Part shown: positions 1-9,017 of the stretch, piece by piece | Numbering within the stretch: position 1 is the first letter of the stretch | How the letters are laid out: the number at the start of each line of letters is the position of its first letter | Origin: an uncultured delta proteobacterium | GTDB lineage: Bacteria > Desulfobacterota > Desulfuromonadia > Desulfuromonadales > BM103 | NCBI GenBank assembly: GCA_963715335.1 | Contig: CAVQRZ010000005.1 | Coordinates: forward strand, 148,578-212,577 | Direction of reading: 5' to 3' | Length of the DNA stretch: 64,000 nucleotides | Notes under the pieces: generated by a model | Database searches by the model: none | What the model was told of the DNA's origin: nothing | The model's input: the letters and a program-made list of their open reading frames with translations, nothing else | Made by a program: the position numbers and the translations under genes

Positions 1-1
1 G

Positions 2-1207
2 CTGTTCTTGCGTCCGACGGTGACCAGCACCGAAGCCAACATGTCGGAGCCGGCCATACCAGCACCGCCACCGGTTCCGGAAATCCGCAAGGAGACCATC
101 AAGGGGACCGTTGCCCAGGGCGATACGGCGACCGCAATATTGGGTGACTATTTCTCGGCGGGCGAGATCCATGAACTGAGCAGGCAGTGCAAACCGGTCT
201 TCCCCCTCTCCCGCCTCAGCGCCGGACAAGCATACCGGCTCTGCCTGAGCAATGATGACTTCGAACGCTTCGAGTACGACATCGACCACGATGAGCAACT
301 GATTATTTCCCGCGAGGCGGAGGAATTCTCCGTTCAGAAGGTACCGATCCCCTACACGACCGAAACTGTTCGCGTCCGGGGCAAGATAGAAACCAGCCTG
401 TTCGAAGCGGTCACCGACTCGGGAGAAAGTGATGTCCTGGCTATGAACCTGGCTGATATTTTCGCCTGGGACATCGACTTCATTCTTGATATCCGCCAAG
501 GCGATTCATTCCAGGCGTTGGTGGAAAAGCGTTACCGAGACGGACAACCGGCCGGTTACGGTCGCATCCTGGCGGCAGAATTCACCAACCAGGGGAAAAC
601 CTTCCAGGCCCTTCTCTACCAGGACGGTGACCGCCGCCCCGATTACTTCGACGCCGAAGGGCAGAGCCTGCGCAAGGCCTTCCTCAAGGCGCCACTCTCT
701 TTCTCCCGCATCTCGTCCGGATTCAGCATGCGCCGTTTCCACCCGATCACCAAAACCTGGAAATCCCACCCGGCGATCGACTACGCAGCAACTCCGGGGA
801 CACCGATCAAAAGTGTCGGGGATGGCGTCATCATCAAAAAGGGCTACAACAAGGGGAATGGCAACTATGTGAAGATCCGGCACAATAGTAGCTACGAAAC
901 CCTGTATCTGCACATGAAAGGCTTCGCCAAGGGGATCGCCCAGGGTAAACGCGTGGCACAGGGACAGACGATCGGCTACGTCGGCAGCACCGGCCTGGCC
1001 ACCGGGCCGCATCTCTGTTTCCGGATGTACAAAAATGGTGCCCCGGTCAACCCGCAACAGGTCAAGGCTCCATCGGCTAAACCGGTCTCTGCAGAGAACC
1101 TGGCTGATTTCAAACTCGAGGCTGCAACCCTTACCGCCTCGCTGGCCGATCATCAACCGGTCAAAACGGCGCAGCAGCACTCGGCAGGCACATCGGTTAT
1201 CCAGTAG
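2..1207 (+). CDS. M23-family peptidoglycan endopeptidase (MepM/OapA-like), 5'-truncated by the window edge
   Basis: Frame open from the window start. C-terminal M23 domain: RRFHPI..HPAIDYAA (HxxxD), YLHM, STGLATGPHLCF. Confidence 0.85.
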   Translation: MFLRPTVTSTEANMSEPAIPAPPPVPEIRKETIKGTVAQGDTATAILGDYFSAGEIHELSRQCKPVFPLSRLSAGQAYRLCLSNDDFERFEYDIDHDEQLIISREAEEFSVQKVPIPYTTETVRVRGKIETSLFEAVTDSGESDVLAMNLADIFAWDIDFILDIRQGDSFQALVEKRYRDGQPAGYGRILAAEFTNQGKTFQALLYQDGDRRPDYFDAEGQSLRKAFLKAPLSFSRISSGFSMRRFHPITKTWKSHPAIDYAATPGTPIKSVGDGVIIKKGYNKGNGNYVKIRHNSSYETLYLHMKGFAKGIAQGKRVAQGQTIGYVGSTGLATGPHLCFRMYKNGAPVNPQQVKAPSAKPVSAENLADFKLEAATLTASLADHQPVKTAQQHSAGTSVIQ

Positions 1208-1225
1208 CATCCAAGGGGGCATTTG

Positions 1226-2386
1226 ATGGCTATCAGACTCGGCGAATTACTGATCAAAAAAAACCTGCTGACCCAGACTCAGCTTGAAGAAGCTTTGCAG
1301 GCTCAGGTCATTTTTGGCGGCACGCTCGGCACGATCCTGATAGAAATGGGACTGATCTCCGAAAACGTCCTTGCCGAGATTCTGGCGAGCCTCCTCAAAA
1401 TCCCTTGCCTGAAACCTGACCAGCTTGAGGAGATTCCCGAGCATGTCATCAAGATTATCAGCCCGGAACTGGCAGAAAAGCGCAAGGTCGTGCCTGTGGC
1501 AGTCAGCGGCAAGAAGTTGACCCTGGCGATGGAATCGCCCCACGATCTGAAATGCATCGACGAGATCTCTTTCCGCACTGGATATATTATCGTGCCGATC
1601 CTGGCTCTCGAAGTCCGCCTCATTTTTGCCCTGGAACACTACTACGGCATCAAGCGCACGATGCGCTATATCGCCCCACCGAAAGAGGTCCGCGACGAGC
1701 TGGATAAGGCACCGGTCTTTCACACGCCCGAAGGGCCGCTCGCCGCGGCAGAGACAGATGAAGACCTCAGCGAACCGGGATCCGAGCTGATCTACCAGAG
1801 GCCGGACACGTCGGTCGCAAATGTCAAAGAAGAAAAACCGGCCGGGGTCATCGAAGAGCTCGACGACATCGAGGTCATCGAAGACCTGGTCGAAGAAGAA
1901 GTCACCCTTGCCAGCACTTCCCGGGCATTAATCAAAGTCTCCGACCGCAACGATGTCGCCGATGCAGTTATCTCTTACCTAGGAACGCACTATGCGAGGG
2001 TCGCCCTGTTCATGGTGGTGGCCGGGCAGGTCACCGGCTGGCGTTCGGCGAAACAAGGGGTGGCAATCCCGGGATTTGACCAGTTCCAGCTGCCCCTCTC
2101 GGAGCCCTCGGTGTTGAAAACCGCCGTCGCCAGCAACAGTTATTTTCTCGGCCCGGTGCAGCAGAGCGGCGCGAACCTTGCCCTGACGTCCTTCCTCGGC
2201 AAGCCCGCACCAAAAGCCGCACTGCTCATCCCGATGAGCATGCTTGGCCGCGTGGTCGGCCTGATCTATGTCGACGACCCCGATGCCGATCTCTCCCAAG
2301 CGGTTGTCGAAGTCCAGCAGCTCGCCAGCAAGGCATTGATGGCGTTTGAAATCCTGATTTTGCACAACAAGATCCTCAGAACCTGA
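1226..2386 (+). CDS. MshEN/GspE-N domain protein without an ATPase domain (candidate c-di-GMP receptor)
   Basis: N-terminus RLGELLIKKNLLTQTQLEEALQAQ...LGTILIEMGLIS resembles the tandem MshEN motif. Acidic linker and GAF-like C-terminus. No Walker A motif. Confidence 0.7.
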   Translation: MAIRLGELLIKKNLLTQTQLEEALQAQVIFGGTLGTILIEMGLISENVLAEILASLLKIPCLKPDQLEEIPEHVIKIISPELAEKRKVVPVAVSGKKLTLAMESPHDLKCIDEISFRTGYIIVPILALEVRLIFALEHYYGIKRTMRYIAPPKEVRDELDKAPVFHTPEGPLAAAETDEDLSEPGSELIYQRPDTSVANVKEEKPAGVIEELDDIEVIEDLVEEEVTLASTSRALIKVSDRNDVADAVISYLGTHYARVALFMVVAGQVTGWRSAKQGVAIPGFDQFQLPLSEPSVLKTAVASNSYFLGPVQQSGANLALTSFLGKPAPKAALLIPMSMLGRVVGLIYVDDPDADLSQAVVEVQQLASKALMAFEILILHNKILRT

Positions 2387-2388
2387 CC

Positions 2389-2979
2389 TTGAACTACCTC
2401 GTTCACCTTTTTCTGGCCGGACCCGATCCCGAGCATCAACTCGGCGGGCTGATGGGTGATTTTGTCAAAGGCCCGATTCCTGAAGGCTACCCTCGAGGAA
2501 TAGCGCAGGGATTGCACCTGCACCGGCGCATCGACAGCTTTTCCCATAACAACCTCCACACCCGCAGAAGCCGGAACCGGCTGGGCCAGAGATACGGCCA
2601 TGGGCGCGGCATTATCGTCGACATCTTCTACGACCACTTCTTGGCATCCTCGTGGTCCGAGTACTCTCCAGAGCCTCTTGAAGATTATGCTGAAGGAGTC
2701 TACAAACTTCTGCAAACCCATCACCAACTGCTGCCTGACGACCTCAAGGCGGTCTCGGCGCGCATGATCGAGCACAACTGGCTGGTCTCTTACCGCCATA
2801 GCGAAGTTGTCGGCAGAGCTCTCCACAGGATCTCCCAGCGTTTGAGCAGACCGCTGCCCCTGGCAGACGCGACCGAAGATCTGGCCTGCCATGAGGATGC
2901 CTTACGCAGTGATTTCAGGGAGTTTATGCAAGAGGCCGGTCTGTTCACCAGCAAAGAAGCGGCAATCAACCCCTTCTGA
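2389..2979 (+). CDS. acpH: Acyl carrier protein phosphodiesterase
   Basis: MNYLVHLFL..GGLMGDFVKG..LHRRIDSF..IIVDIFYDHFLA..NWLVSY. TTG start 2 nt after the upstream stop. Confidence 0.85.
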   Translation: MNYLVHLFLAGPDPEHQLGGLMGDFVKGPIPEGYPRGIAQGLHLHRRIDSFSHNNLHTRRSRNRLGQRYGHGRGIIVDIFYDHFLASSWSEYSPEPLEDYAEGVYKLLQTHHQLLPDDLKAVSARMIEHNWLVSYRHSEVVGRALHRISQRLSRPLPLADATEDLACHEDALRSDFREFMQEAGLFTSKEAAINPF

Positions 2980-3012
2980 GGATCGACTGCATATCCCGGA
3001 CGTATCAAGCTG

Positions 3013-3630
3013 TCAACCAGCCATGATCTGGCGAATGCCATCGACAACAAACTGGACCGAAAGGGCTGCCAGGATCACACCAAACAGACGCCGCAGGATG
3101 TTGTCCCCGGTCCGTCCGATGACGTCCTTGATCCGGCTGGACAGCGAAAGGGCGACAAAGGCGCACAGGTACATGACCATGACCGCCGCGATCAGGAGGA
3201 GATTCCCTCCTGCACCAGAGGCTTTCGAAAAGAGCAGGACGGTCACCGTGAGGCAGCCAGGACCGGCCAGGAGGGGGATCGACATCGGGAAAACCGAGAT
3301 ATCCACGTCGGGACCGCTCTCCCACTTCTTGCCGGTTTCCCCCTTGGTGACCATATTGAAGGCCGTCACGAAGAGCAGCAAACCACCAGCTACGCGCAGA
3401 GCATCAATACTGATCCCCAGTTTGACCAGAAGTATCTCGCCAAGGAACGCGAAGGCCAGCACAATCATTAACGATATCAGCGTCGAGCGAAAGGCCATCT
3501 GGCGCACATAGGTCCGATCGCACTCCGAGGTCAACCCATGGAAGATCAATGCGCAGCCGATCGGGTCGATCACGACGAAATACGACGTCAGTGCATGCAG
3601 AAAAATCTCAACGGTCATCGACAACTCCAT
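3013..3630 (-). CDS. MarC family integral membrane protein
   Basis: FVVIDPIG, GISIDALRVAGG, VFPMSIPLLAGPG, RLFGVILAALSVQF; several hydrophobic helices. Confidence 0.85.
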   Translation of the reverse strand: MELSMTVEIFLHALTSYFVVIDPIGCALIFHGLTSECDRTYVRQMAFRSTLISLMIVLAFAFLGEILLVKLGISIDALRVAGGLLLFVTAFNMVTKGETGKKWESGPDVDISVFPMSIPLLAGPGCLTVTVLLFSKASGAGGNLLLIAAVMVMYLCAFVALSLSSRIKDVIGRTGDNILRRLFGVILAALSVQFVVDGIRQIMAG

Positions 3631-3734
3631 TCGCAGGCAACAGTTGGGATTAACTGTTGAAAAGCCTGAGATCGTTTCTACCTCAGCCCTGACAGCGAGT
3701 CAAATTCTAAACCGCAGTCAAAAAAAATGGCCGG

Positions 3735-4280
3735 CTAGAGGTAAAAGGCCAGGAACAGCAGGGGGATGACGAAACCAATGCAGGTCAGGACAATACCGCG
3801 ACGCATGCTTTTACGATGGATCATCAGCATGCCGCTGACAGCCAGAAACCCGAGCGCAACGGCATAGACGTCAGCAACCCAGGTCCAGCTTTTTTTGGGA
3901 TGGTTGAGATGCAGGAAGTTCATCTCGTGCAGGACCGGACGCGGGATGGCGCGATCGTGAACGACATGCCCGCTGCCCAGGTTGACGAGAATTGAACGGC
4001 CTTCGACAAACAGCTGGAGGCTGTGCGGATCGGGGCGGTAGCTGCTCTCGAGCTTGCCCGTTTCATTGAGCCGGGCGAGGATCGTGCGGATGGTGTCGGC
4101 ATCCATCGGTTTGCCGGAGATCGGGCCGATATTGGTTTCAGCGCGCTCTACGCTGTAGCTCGGGTTCCACTGGTTGATATGGTTGACCGCCACCCCGGAG
4201 ATGGCATAGACCAGGGTCAGCCCGATACAGAGGAAGCCGATATCACGATGGAGAGCAGTGTTCCAGTGTCGCCAGCCCAT
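3735..4280 (-). CDS. PepSY-associated TM helix domain protein
   Basis: WRHWNTALHRDIGF..YAISGVAVNH..NFLHLNH..WTWVAD pattern. Confidence 0.75.
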   Translation of the reverse strand: MGWRHWNTALHRDIGFLCIGLTLVYAISGVAVNHINQWNPSYSVERAETNIGPISGKPMDADTIRTILARLNETGKLESSYRPDPHSLQLFVEGRSILVNLGSGHVVHDRAIPRPVLHEMNFLHLNHPKKSWTWVADVYAVALGFLAVSGMLMIHRKSMRRGIVLTCIGFVIPLLFLAFYL

Positions 4281-4282
4281 CT

Positions 4283-4747
4283 TTACAACGAGGGGATCTC
4301 GGCACCGAGCCCGCGAATCCGCAGAACTGTCTCACCCGAAGTCACGCTGGCCGGATCGAAGGCTTCACCGGTCTCTTCGGCGTGATGCTTGCCGCGGGCG
4401 ATCACTTCGTCCCTGGTCAGTTCCATGCTTTCCACGATGCCTTCAACGATGGCCTGCTTGCCCCGGGCCTCCATCGGGAAGACGATTTCGCCATCGGTGA
4501 CCTTGATGCGGATCTTTTCAAATTCTCGGTCACCCGCCAGGTAGATCCAGCAACCGCGCCGGCTGCAGACATCCACCACCAGGCCGGACACTTTGACCCT
4601 GTGACCGACATAAGCGACGGGATTATCGATAATCGAAGAGATGGCCGTCTGTTCCAACTGGGAGACACCCTGGCCAAAGGTCCTGGCAAAAGTGGCCGAA
4701 GGGACCAGGATTGTGACGGCGGCGAGGATAACCAGAAAAGTTCGCAT
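4283..4747 (-). CDS. Exported DUF4920-like protein
   Basis: Signal-peptide-like N-terminus; VKVSGLVVDVCSRRGCWI and IRIKVTDGEIVFP. CAGGAG RBS before ATG 4747. Ends 2 nt upstream of the PepSY-TM gene. Confidence 0.65.
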   Translation of the reverse strand: MRTFLVILAAVTILVPSATFARTFGQGVSQLEQTAISSIIDNPVAYVGHRVKVSGLVVDVCSRRGCWIYLAGDREFEKIRIKVTDGEIVFPMEARGKQAIVEGIVESMELTRDEVIARGKHHAEETGEAFDPASVTSGETVLRIRGLGAEIPSL

Positions 4748-4851
4748 GATCTGCTCCTGAGGTTTGATGGACAACGGGATTGATCATACTTTCTCTATAT
4801 ATGGAGAGTCAAGCCATAAACAGGGTTTTCACTGTGCGACAGGCCGGCAAT

Positions 4852-6180
4852 TTATGCCGGGATTGGCCAATCCGATGCGTAGCCCGGCGGGAAAAATGTT
4901 TCGCGGGTCCGGTTGAAATATCCGTACTGCAACTGCGGGAAACGTAGCTTGTGCTGCCTGAGCATTTCCAGCATGCCGACCCCGTGACCTTCAATGCCGA
5001 GGGAAGAGAGGTAGAGAAACGGGTCAAGGCTCAAGTTGCGCATCTGGACCATGTCGATACCAACCTCATCGATCAGGCCGGCCAGGGCTTCTATCTCATC
5101 GCTGCGGTCCGAGACCCCGGGGAAGACCAGGTAATTCAGCATGGTGTACAGCCCGGCGGCCCTGGCCCGTCTGAGTGACTCGAGGACATCAGCAAAGCGA
5201 TAACCGCGCGGCCGGTAATAGGCATTATAGAAAGACTCCTGGGCCGAATTCAGCGAAACCCTGATCGAGTCGACCCCGGCATCCGCCAGCTGGTCAATCG
5301 CATCAGGGATCGACGCGTTGCTGTTGAAGTTGATCGTGCCACGTTCGGTCTGGCTGCGCATCTGCCGAACCGATTCGACAATGAGACCGGTTTGCATGAT
5401 CGGGTCGCCCTCACAACCCTGGCCAAAAGAGACGATAGCATTTTCGGCTTCCCGGAGATGCGGAACCGCCACCTCGCAGAGTTCGGCAACAGTCGGCACG
5501 AAGGTCAGGCGCTCCTGGCTGGCCGGACAGCAGTCCGATTCCTGCAGGGAGATACAACCGATACAGCGTGAATTGCAGGTCGGCGAAGTCGGCAGTGGGG
5601 CCTCCCAGCGCCGGAAGAAGAGGTTCTTGGCGGCAAAGCAGTGGTAATCCACGGCGCAGCGCGCCAGTTGCTCCAACAGGCGGTTGTCAGGATACTCCTG
5701 CAGCACCTTGCGCACCAGGGGATCGAGCTTGCGATCATCAAAATGGTCTGGCTGCCACTGAGGATTGCGATCAACCTGCACCGCGGCAACATAAAAACGC
5801 TCTTCCTCGACACACCAGCCGACCGCAGTGTAGGACCAGAGCGGCAGGGTCTGCCCTCTACGCTGGAAATCTGCCGCAGGCAACAGCGTCCGCGTGTAGC
5901 CCGGTGTCAGGAAAGCTGAAACAGCCTGGATACGCCCCCCGCCCCACTCCCTGGGCAGACGATCGACCGTCACCTGCACGCCGCTACGCCGGTCGAATCC
6001 GATCGGCGGCGTCTGCGGGATGGTGAAGAGGCGACTCCCTTCCGGCATCGGCATCATTTCATCAGCGAGCGGCTGAACCGTATCCGTACCGTTCATTCCT
6101 GCCAGCAACAGGTCGGGATGCTCGAAGACCTCGCCCTGTTCATCGGCGACCAGCGCCAGGATCGTTTTGTTTGTTGCCAC
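4852..6180 (-). CDS. Radical SAM protein of unknown function
   Basis: CNSRCIGC (CxxxCxxC), SFGQGCEGDP. GTG start at 6180 with GGAG RBS (ORF track starts further upstream). Confidence 0.85.
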   Translation of the reverse strand: MATNKTILALVADEQGEVFEHPDLLLAGMNGTDTVQPLADEMMPMPEGSRLFTIPQTPPIGFDRRSGVQVTVDRLPREWGGGRIQAVSAFLTPGYTRTLLPAADFQRRGQTLPLWSYTAVGWCVEEERFYVAAVQVDRNPQWQPDHFDDRKLDPLVRKVLQEYPDNRLLEQLARCAVDYHCFAAKNLFFRRWEAPLPTSPTCNSRCIGCISLQESDCCPASQERLTFVPTVAELCEVAVPHLREAENAIVSFGQGCEGDPIMQTGLIVESVRQMRSQTERGTINFNSNASIPDAIDQLADAGVDSIRVSLNSAQESFYNAYYRPRGYRFADVLESLRRARAAGLYTMLNYLVFPGVSDRSDEIEALAGLIDEVGIDMVQMRNLSLDPFLYLSSLGIEGHGVGMLEMLRQHKLRFPQLQYGYFNRTRETFFPPGYASDWPIPA

Positions 6181-6429
6181 GTAGAACTCCAGTCCAATGA
6201 CCCGTCGAAAAATCGAACACCCCCGTGCGAGAACCCTATTCAGACTAGCATAGGCCGACGTTTCAAACAATTTCTCCCTTGCAGTTATGACCTGATTTTG
6301 CGCAACAGAAATACCTCCAAGCCATTCCATACTAATATACTGTATATTAATTTTACATAAAAACATCTTGACACAGTTATATAAATATTTTATTTCTTAC
6401 CTACGAAATCAACTTTAAAGGAGTCAATC

Positions 6430-7353
6430 ATGCAATCGCTGAGAACAATCACCGTCACTGCCGTTCTTCTGATCGCCCTGCCGGTTCTGGCGGCAGCAGC
6501 GATAGAGGACTATTTCGTCCAGACCGACTGGCTGGCCGCAAACCACTCACAGGTCGTTGTCCTCGATGCACGCCAGGCACCGCTCTACCTGCTCGGACAT
6601 ATTGACGGGGCTTACAGCATCCCCCGCAGCGAGTTCCTCGACAAACGCGGTGGGGTCAAGAGCCTCGTACCAACCACCACCGACTTCGAAGTCCTGGTGG
6701 AAAAGTTCGGCATCACCCCGAGCACCACGGTGATCATCTACGCCGAGCATGACAACCCCTATGCAGCACGCCTTGCCTGGACCCTGAGCTATCATGGCCA
6801 CGAAAGAGCCCTGGTCCTCGATGGTGGTTACGAGAAATGGTCCCGTGAAGGGCGTCCTACCTCACTGTTGCCGACCACCGCAGCCGTTCCCAGCGAATAT
6901 CGCGTCACCTCCCACGGTGAAACACGCGCCGAGGTTGACTACGTTTTGACACGCCTCGGCAATCCCGGCGTGCTGGTCTGGGACACCCGCACTGCCGAAG
7001 AATATGTCGGGACCGATGTCCGCGCCGAGCGCGGCGGTCACATCCCCGGCGCGACCCACCTCAACTGGACCGAACTGCAACATGAGATCGACGGCGTAAA
7101 GGTCCTGCGACCCGAGCCGGAAATCCGCGCCCTGCTTGCTGCACACGGCATCAACGACGGCCAGGAAATCATTGCCCATTGCCAAACCGGCATCCGATCC
7201 TCCTACGCCACCCTGGTTCTCCAGGCCCTTGGCTACAAGCAGGTCAAGAACTACGACGGCTCCTGGATCGAATGGGCCAACAACCCCGACCTGCCGATCG
7301 TCGCCGGCACAGAAACCTCGCACAGCGATGAGATTGCCCTGCTCCGCAAGTGA
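6430..7353 (+). CDS. Exported tandem-domain rhodanese/sulfurtransferase
   Basis: Signal peptide; GHIDGA, LDGG, GHIPGA, active-site CQTGIRS and YDGSWIEW signature; AAGGAG RBS. Confidence 0.9.
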   Translation: MQSLRTITVTAVLLIALPVLAAAAIEDYFVQTDWLAANHSQVVVLDARQAPLYLLGHIDGAYSIPRSEFLDKRGGVKSLVPTTTDFEVLVEKFGITPSTTVIIYAEHDNPYAARLAWTLSYHGHERALVLDGGYEKWSREGRPTSLLPTTAAVPSEYRVTSHGETRAEVDYVLTRLGNPGVLVWDTRTAEEYVGTDVRAERGGHIPGATHLNWTELQHEIDGVKVLRPEPEIRALLAAHGINDGQEIIAHCQTGIRSSYATLVLQALGYKQVKNYDGSWIEWANNPDLPIVAGTETSHSDEIALLRK

Positions 7354-7391
7354 TTGACTCCGTTTACGCAGCCCGTTCGCGTGGGCACACG

Positions 7392-7428
7392 GGAGTCTGA
7401 CCGTATCCGGTCAGACTCCTTTGCGTTT
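7392..7428 (+). terminator. Intrinsic terminator after the rhodanese gene
   Basis: Perfect 12-bp stem GGAGTCTGACCG-TATC-CGGTCAGACTCC followed by TTTGCGTTT. Confidence 0.7.
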
Positions 7429-7495
7429 GGTAAAGAAAATAATTTCACGCCGCAAATTTCGAGCTATACTATCGGCAAAAATGAGGATGCGAAAC

Positions 7496-8329
7496 ATGTC
7501 CAGCCGTATCAAGAACCAGTTGATTGCCAAGATCATCACCCGCTTCCCGAGCCTGGCGCAACGTTTTATCGCTGCCTACCAGCCCTGGGAGTCCGGGGAA
7601 ACGCCTCCCTGGACACCTGTTACCAGACCTCTGGGCGAATGCAGGGTTGCACTGGTCACAACCTCGGGCATCCACCACAAAGACCAGCAGCCTTTCGATA
7701 TGCTGGACAGCGAGGGCGACCCCAGTTTCCGGGAAATAGAGGGGGCAACTATTGCCAGCAACTACATGATCACCCATGACTACTACGACCACGGCGATGC
7801 CGAGAAGGACCTCAACATCATCTTCCCGATCGACCGTCTCCGTGAGTTGCAGACCGAGGGGGTGATTGGCGACCTGGCGACCCGCCATTACTCCTTTATG
7901 GGACATATAGACGGGCGTCATATCGCTACGCTGGTCAACAAATCAGCCAGACAGCTTGTCGGGAAGCTCCGCCAGGACGCCGTTGATGCGGTCCTGCTGA
8001 CCCCTGCCTGAGGCATCTGCAACCAGTCCGTGGGACTGGTCCAGAGAGAGATCGAAAAAGCCGGCATCCCGACTGTCGGGGTCTCGATCGTACGCGAATA
8101 TACCGAAAAGGTGCAGCCTCCCAGGACCGTTTACCTCAAGTGGCCCTTCGGCCATCCGCTCGGTGAACCGGGCAACATCAGGCAGCAACGGGCCGTGGTC
8201 CTGGAGGCCTTCAGGGTGCTTTATTCGGCGACAACTCCGGGAGAGATTGTTGATCTGCCGTTTCGTTGGCGACGGCATGATTATGATAGTTACGAGGAGC
8301 CGAAGGGGTTTGTGCCAATTCGGGAATAA
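7496..8329 (+). CDS. GrdB/PrdB-family selenoprotein (selenocysteine at UGA 8009-8011, UxxC motif)
   Basis: ORFs 7421..8011 and 8030..8329 share a frame. Read-through gives VDAVLLTPA-U-GICNQSVGLVQREIEKAGIPTV..PPRTV..WPFGHPLG. N-terminal part has RVALVTTSG, GDPSFREI, DLNIIFPIDRL. GAGG upstream of ATG 7496. Confidence 0.85.
8022..8040 (+). promoter_or_regulatory. Bacterial SECIS-like hairpin
   Basis: ACCAGTCC-GTG-GGACTGGT, a perfect 8-bp stem starting 10 nt after the UGA, with G in the loop. Confidence 0.75.
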
Positions 8330-8410
8330 AGAATTTATCGAGCCACCATATTTGATTGTATGGTGGCATCGTTGATTTTAAATTCTTTAGAATCTTAAGA
8401 TCAAAGCTTA

Positions 8411-8493
8411 AACCGGCGGGTCGCGTCCCGCCGGACGCCATACTTTTGTCCGGCAACAAAAGTATGCAAAAATGCCTTCACCTTGCGGTGGGC
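8411..8493 (+). repeat. Palindromic repeat, copy 1 (inverted relative to copy 2)
   Basis: AACCGGCGGGTCGCGTCCCGCCGGACGCCATACTTTTGTCCGGCAACAAAAGTATGCAAAAATGCCTT; contains two internal hairpins. Confidence 0.75.
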
Positions 8494-8811
8494 ATCTCCT
8501 TTGCCAGGTTTCTCTGAATTCAAGAACCTACTGTGATGGGAATCCGGCCCTGTGTCAAAGGGCCTGACCTTTCTGTGTGATCTTTATGGGTCATGTCTAA
8601 ATTACGACGGTGCTAGCAATCATCCTTAACAGGAGAGGCTCTTTTGCTCCTTGCTCCTTTAGTGGTGTTCCGTGCCTGCTGGTTGTAATTGGTCTCAGCA
8701 GCTTGATCTTGCCACCCCATTTTGACAGCAGTGCGGCGAGGCCCCCTGTAACGGGCCGGCTTGTCTCCTCTGCTGTTTTTTGAGGCCATTGACCCTTCGC
8801 GAACGTCTATA

Positions 8812-8902
8812 GCCCTCCGCTAGGAGTAAGGCGTTTTTTGCGTACTTTTTGTCGCCGCTTGGACAAAAAGTACGGCGTCTGGCGGGACGCAACCCGCCGG
8901 TT
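8812..8902 (-). repeat. Palindromic repeat, copy 2
   Basis: Reverse complement reads AACCGGCGGGTTGCGTCCCGCCAGACGCCGTACTTTTTGTCCAAGCGGCGACAAAAAGTACGCAAAAAACGCCTT, highly similar to copy 1. Confidence 0.75.
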
Positions 8903-9017
8903 CTGATTTTGAACTTAAACTCATAACCAATTAAATTATGCAGGCGACATATTCCTAGCAATGTGTTGCCCGCATAATTTACTTTATCTCCCCCTCCCCC
9001 TTCGCTATCCTTGCCGC

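Noticed and set aside
1005..1025. M23 HxH motif altered to HLC
   Set aside because: HxC/HxD variants are, to my knowledge, common in this subfamily; not evidence of novelty or inactivation by itself.
6330..6395. ModE or LexA operator in the AT-rich radical SAM/rhodanese spacer
   Set aside because: Only half-sites (CAGTTATATA, CTGTATAT) are present, without the matching dyad.
7351..7779. Selenocysteine read-through of the rhodanese TGA into in-frame ORF 7354..7779
   Set aside because: The rhodanese is complete, the following hairpin has a T-rich tail like a terminator, and the extension overlaps the selenoprotein in another frame with no recognisable motifs.
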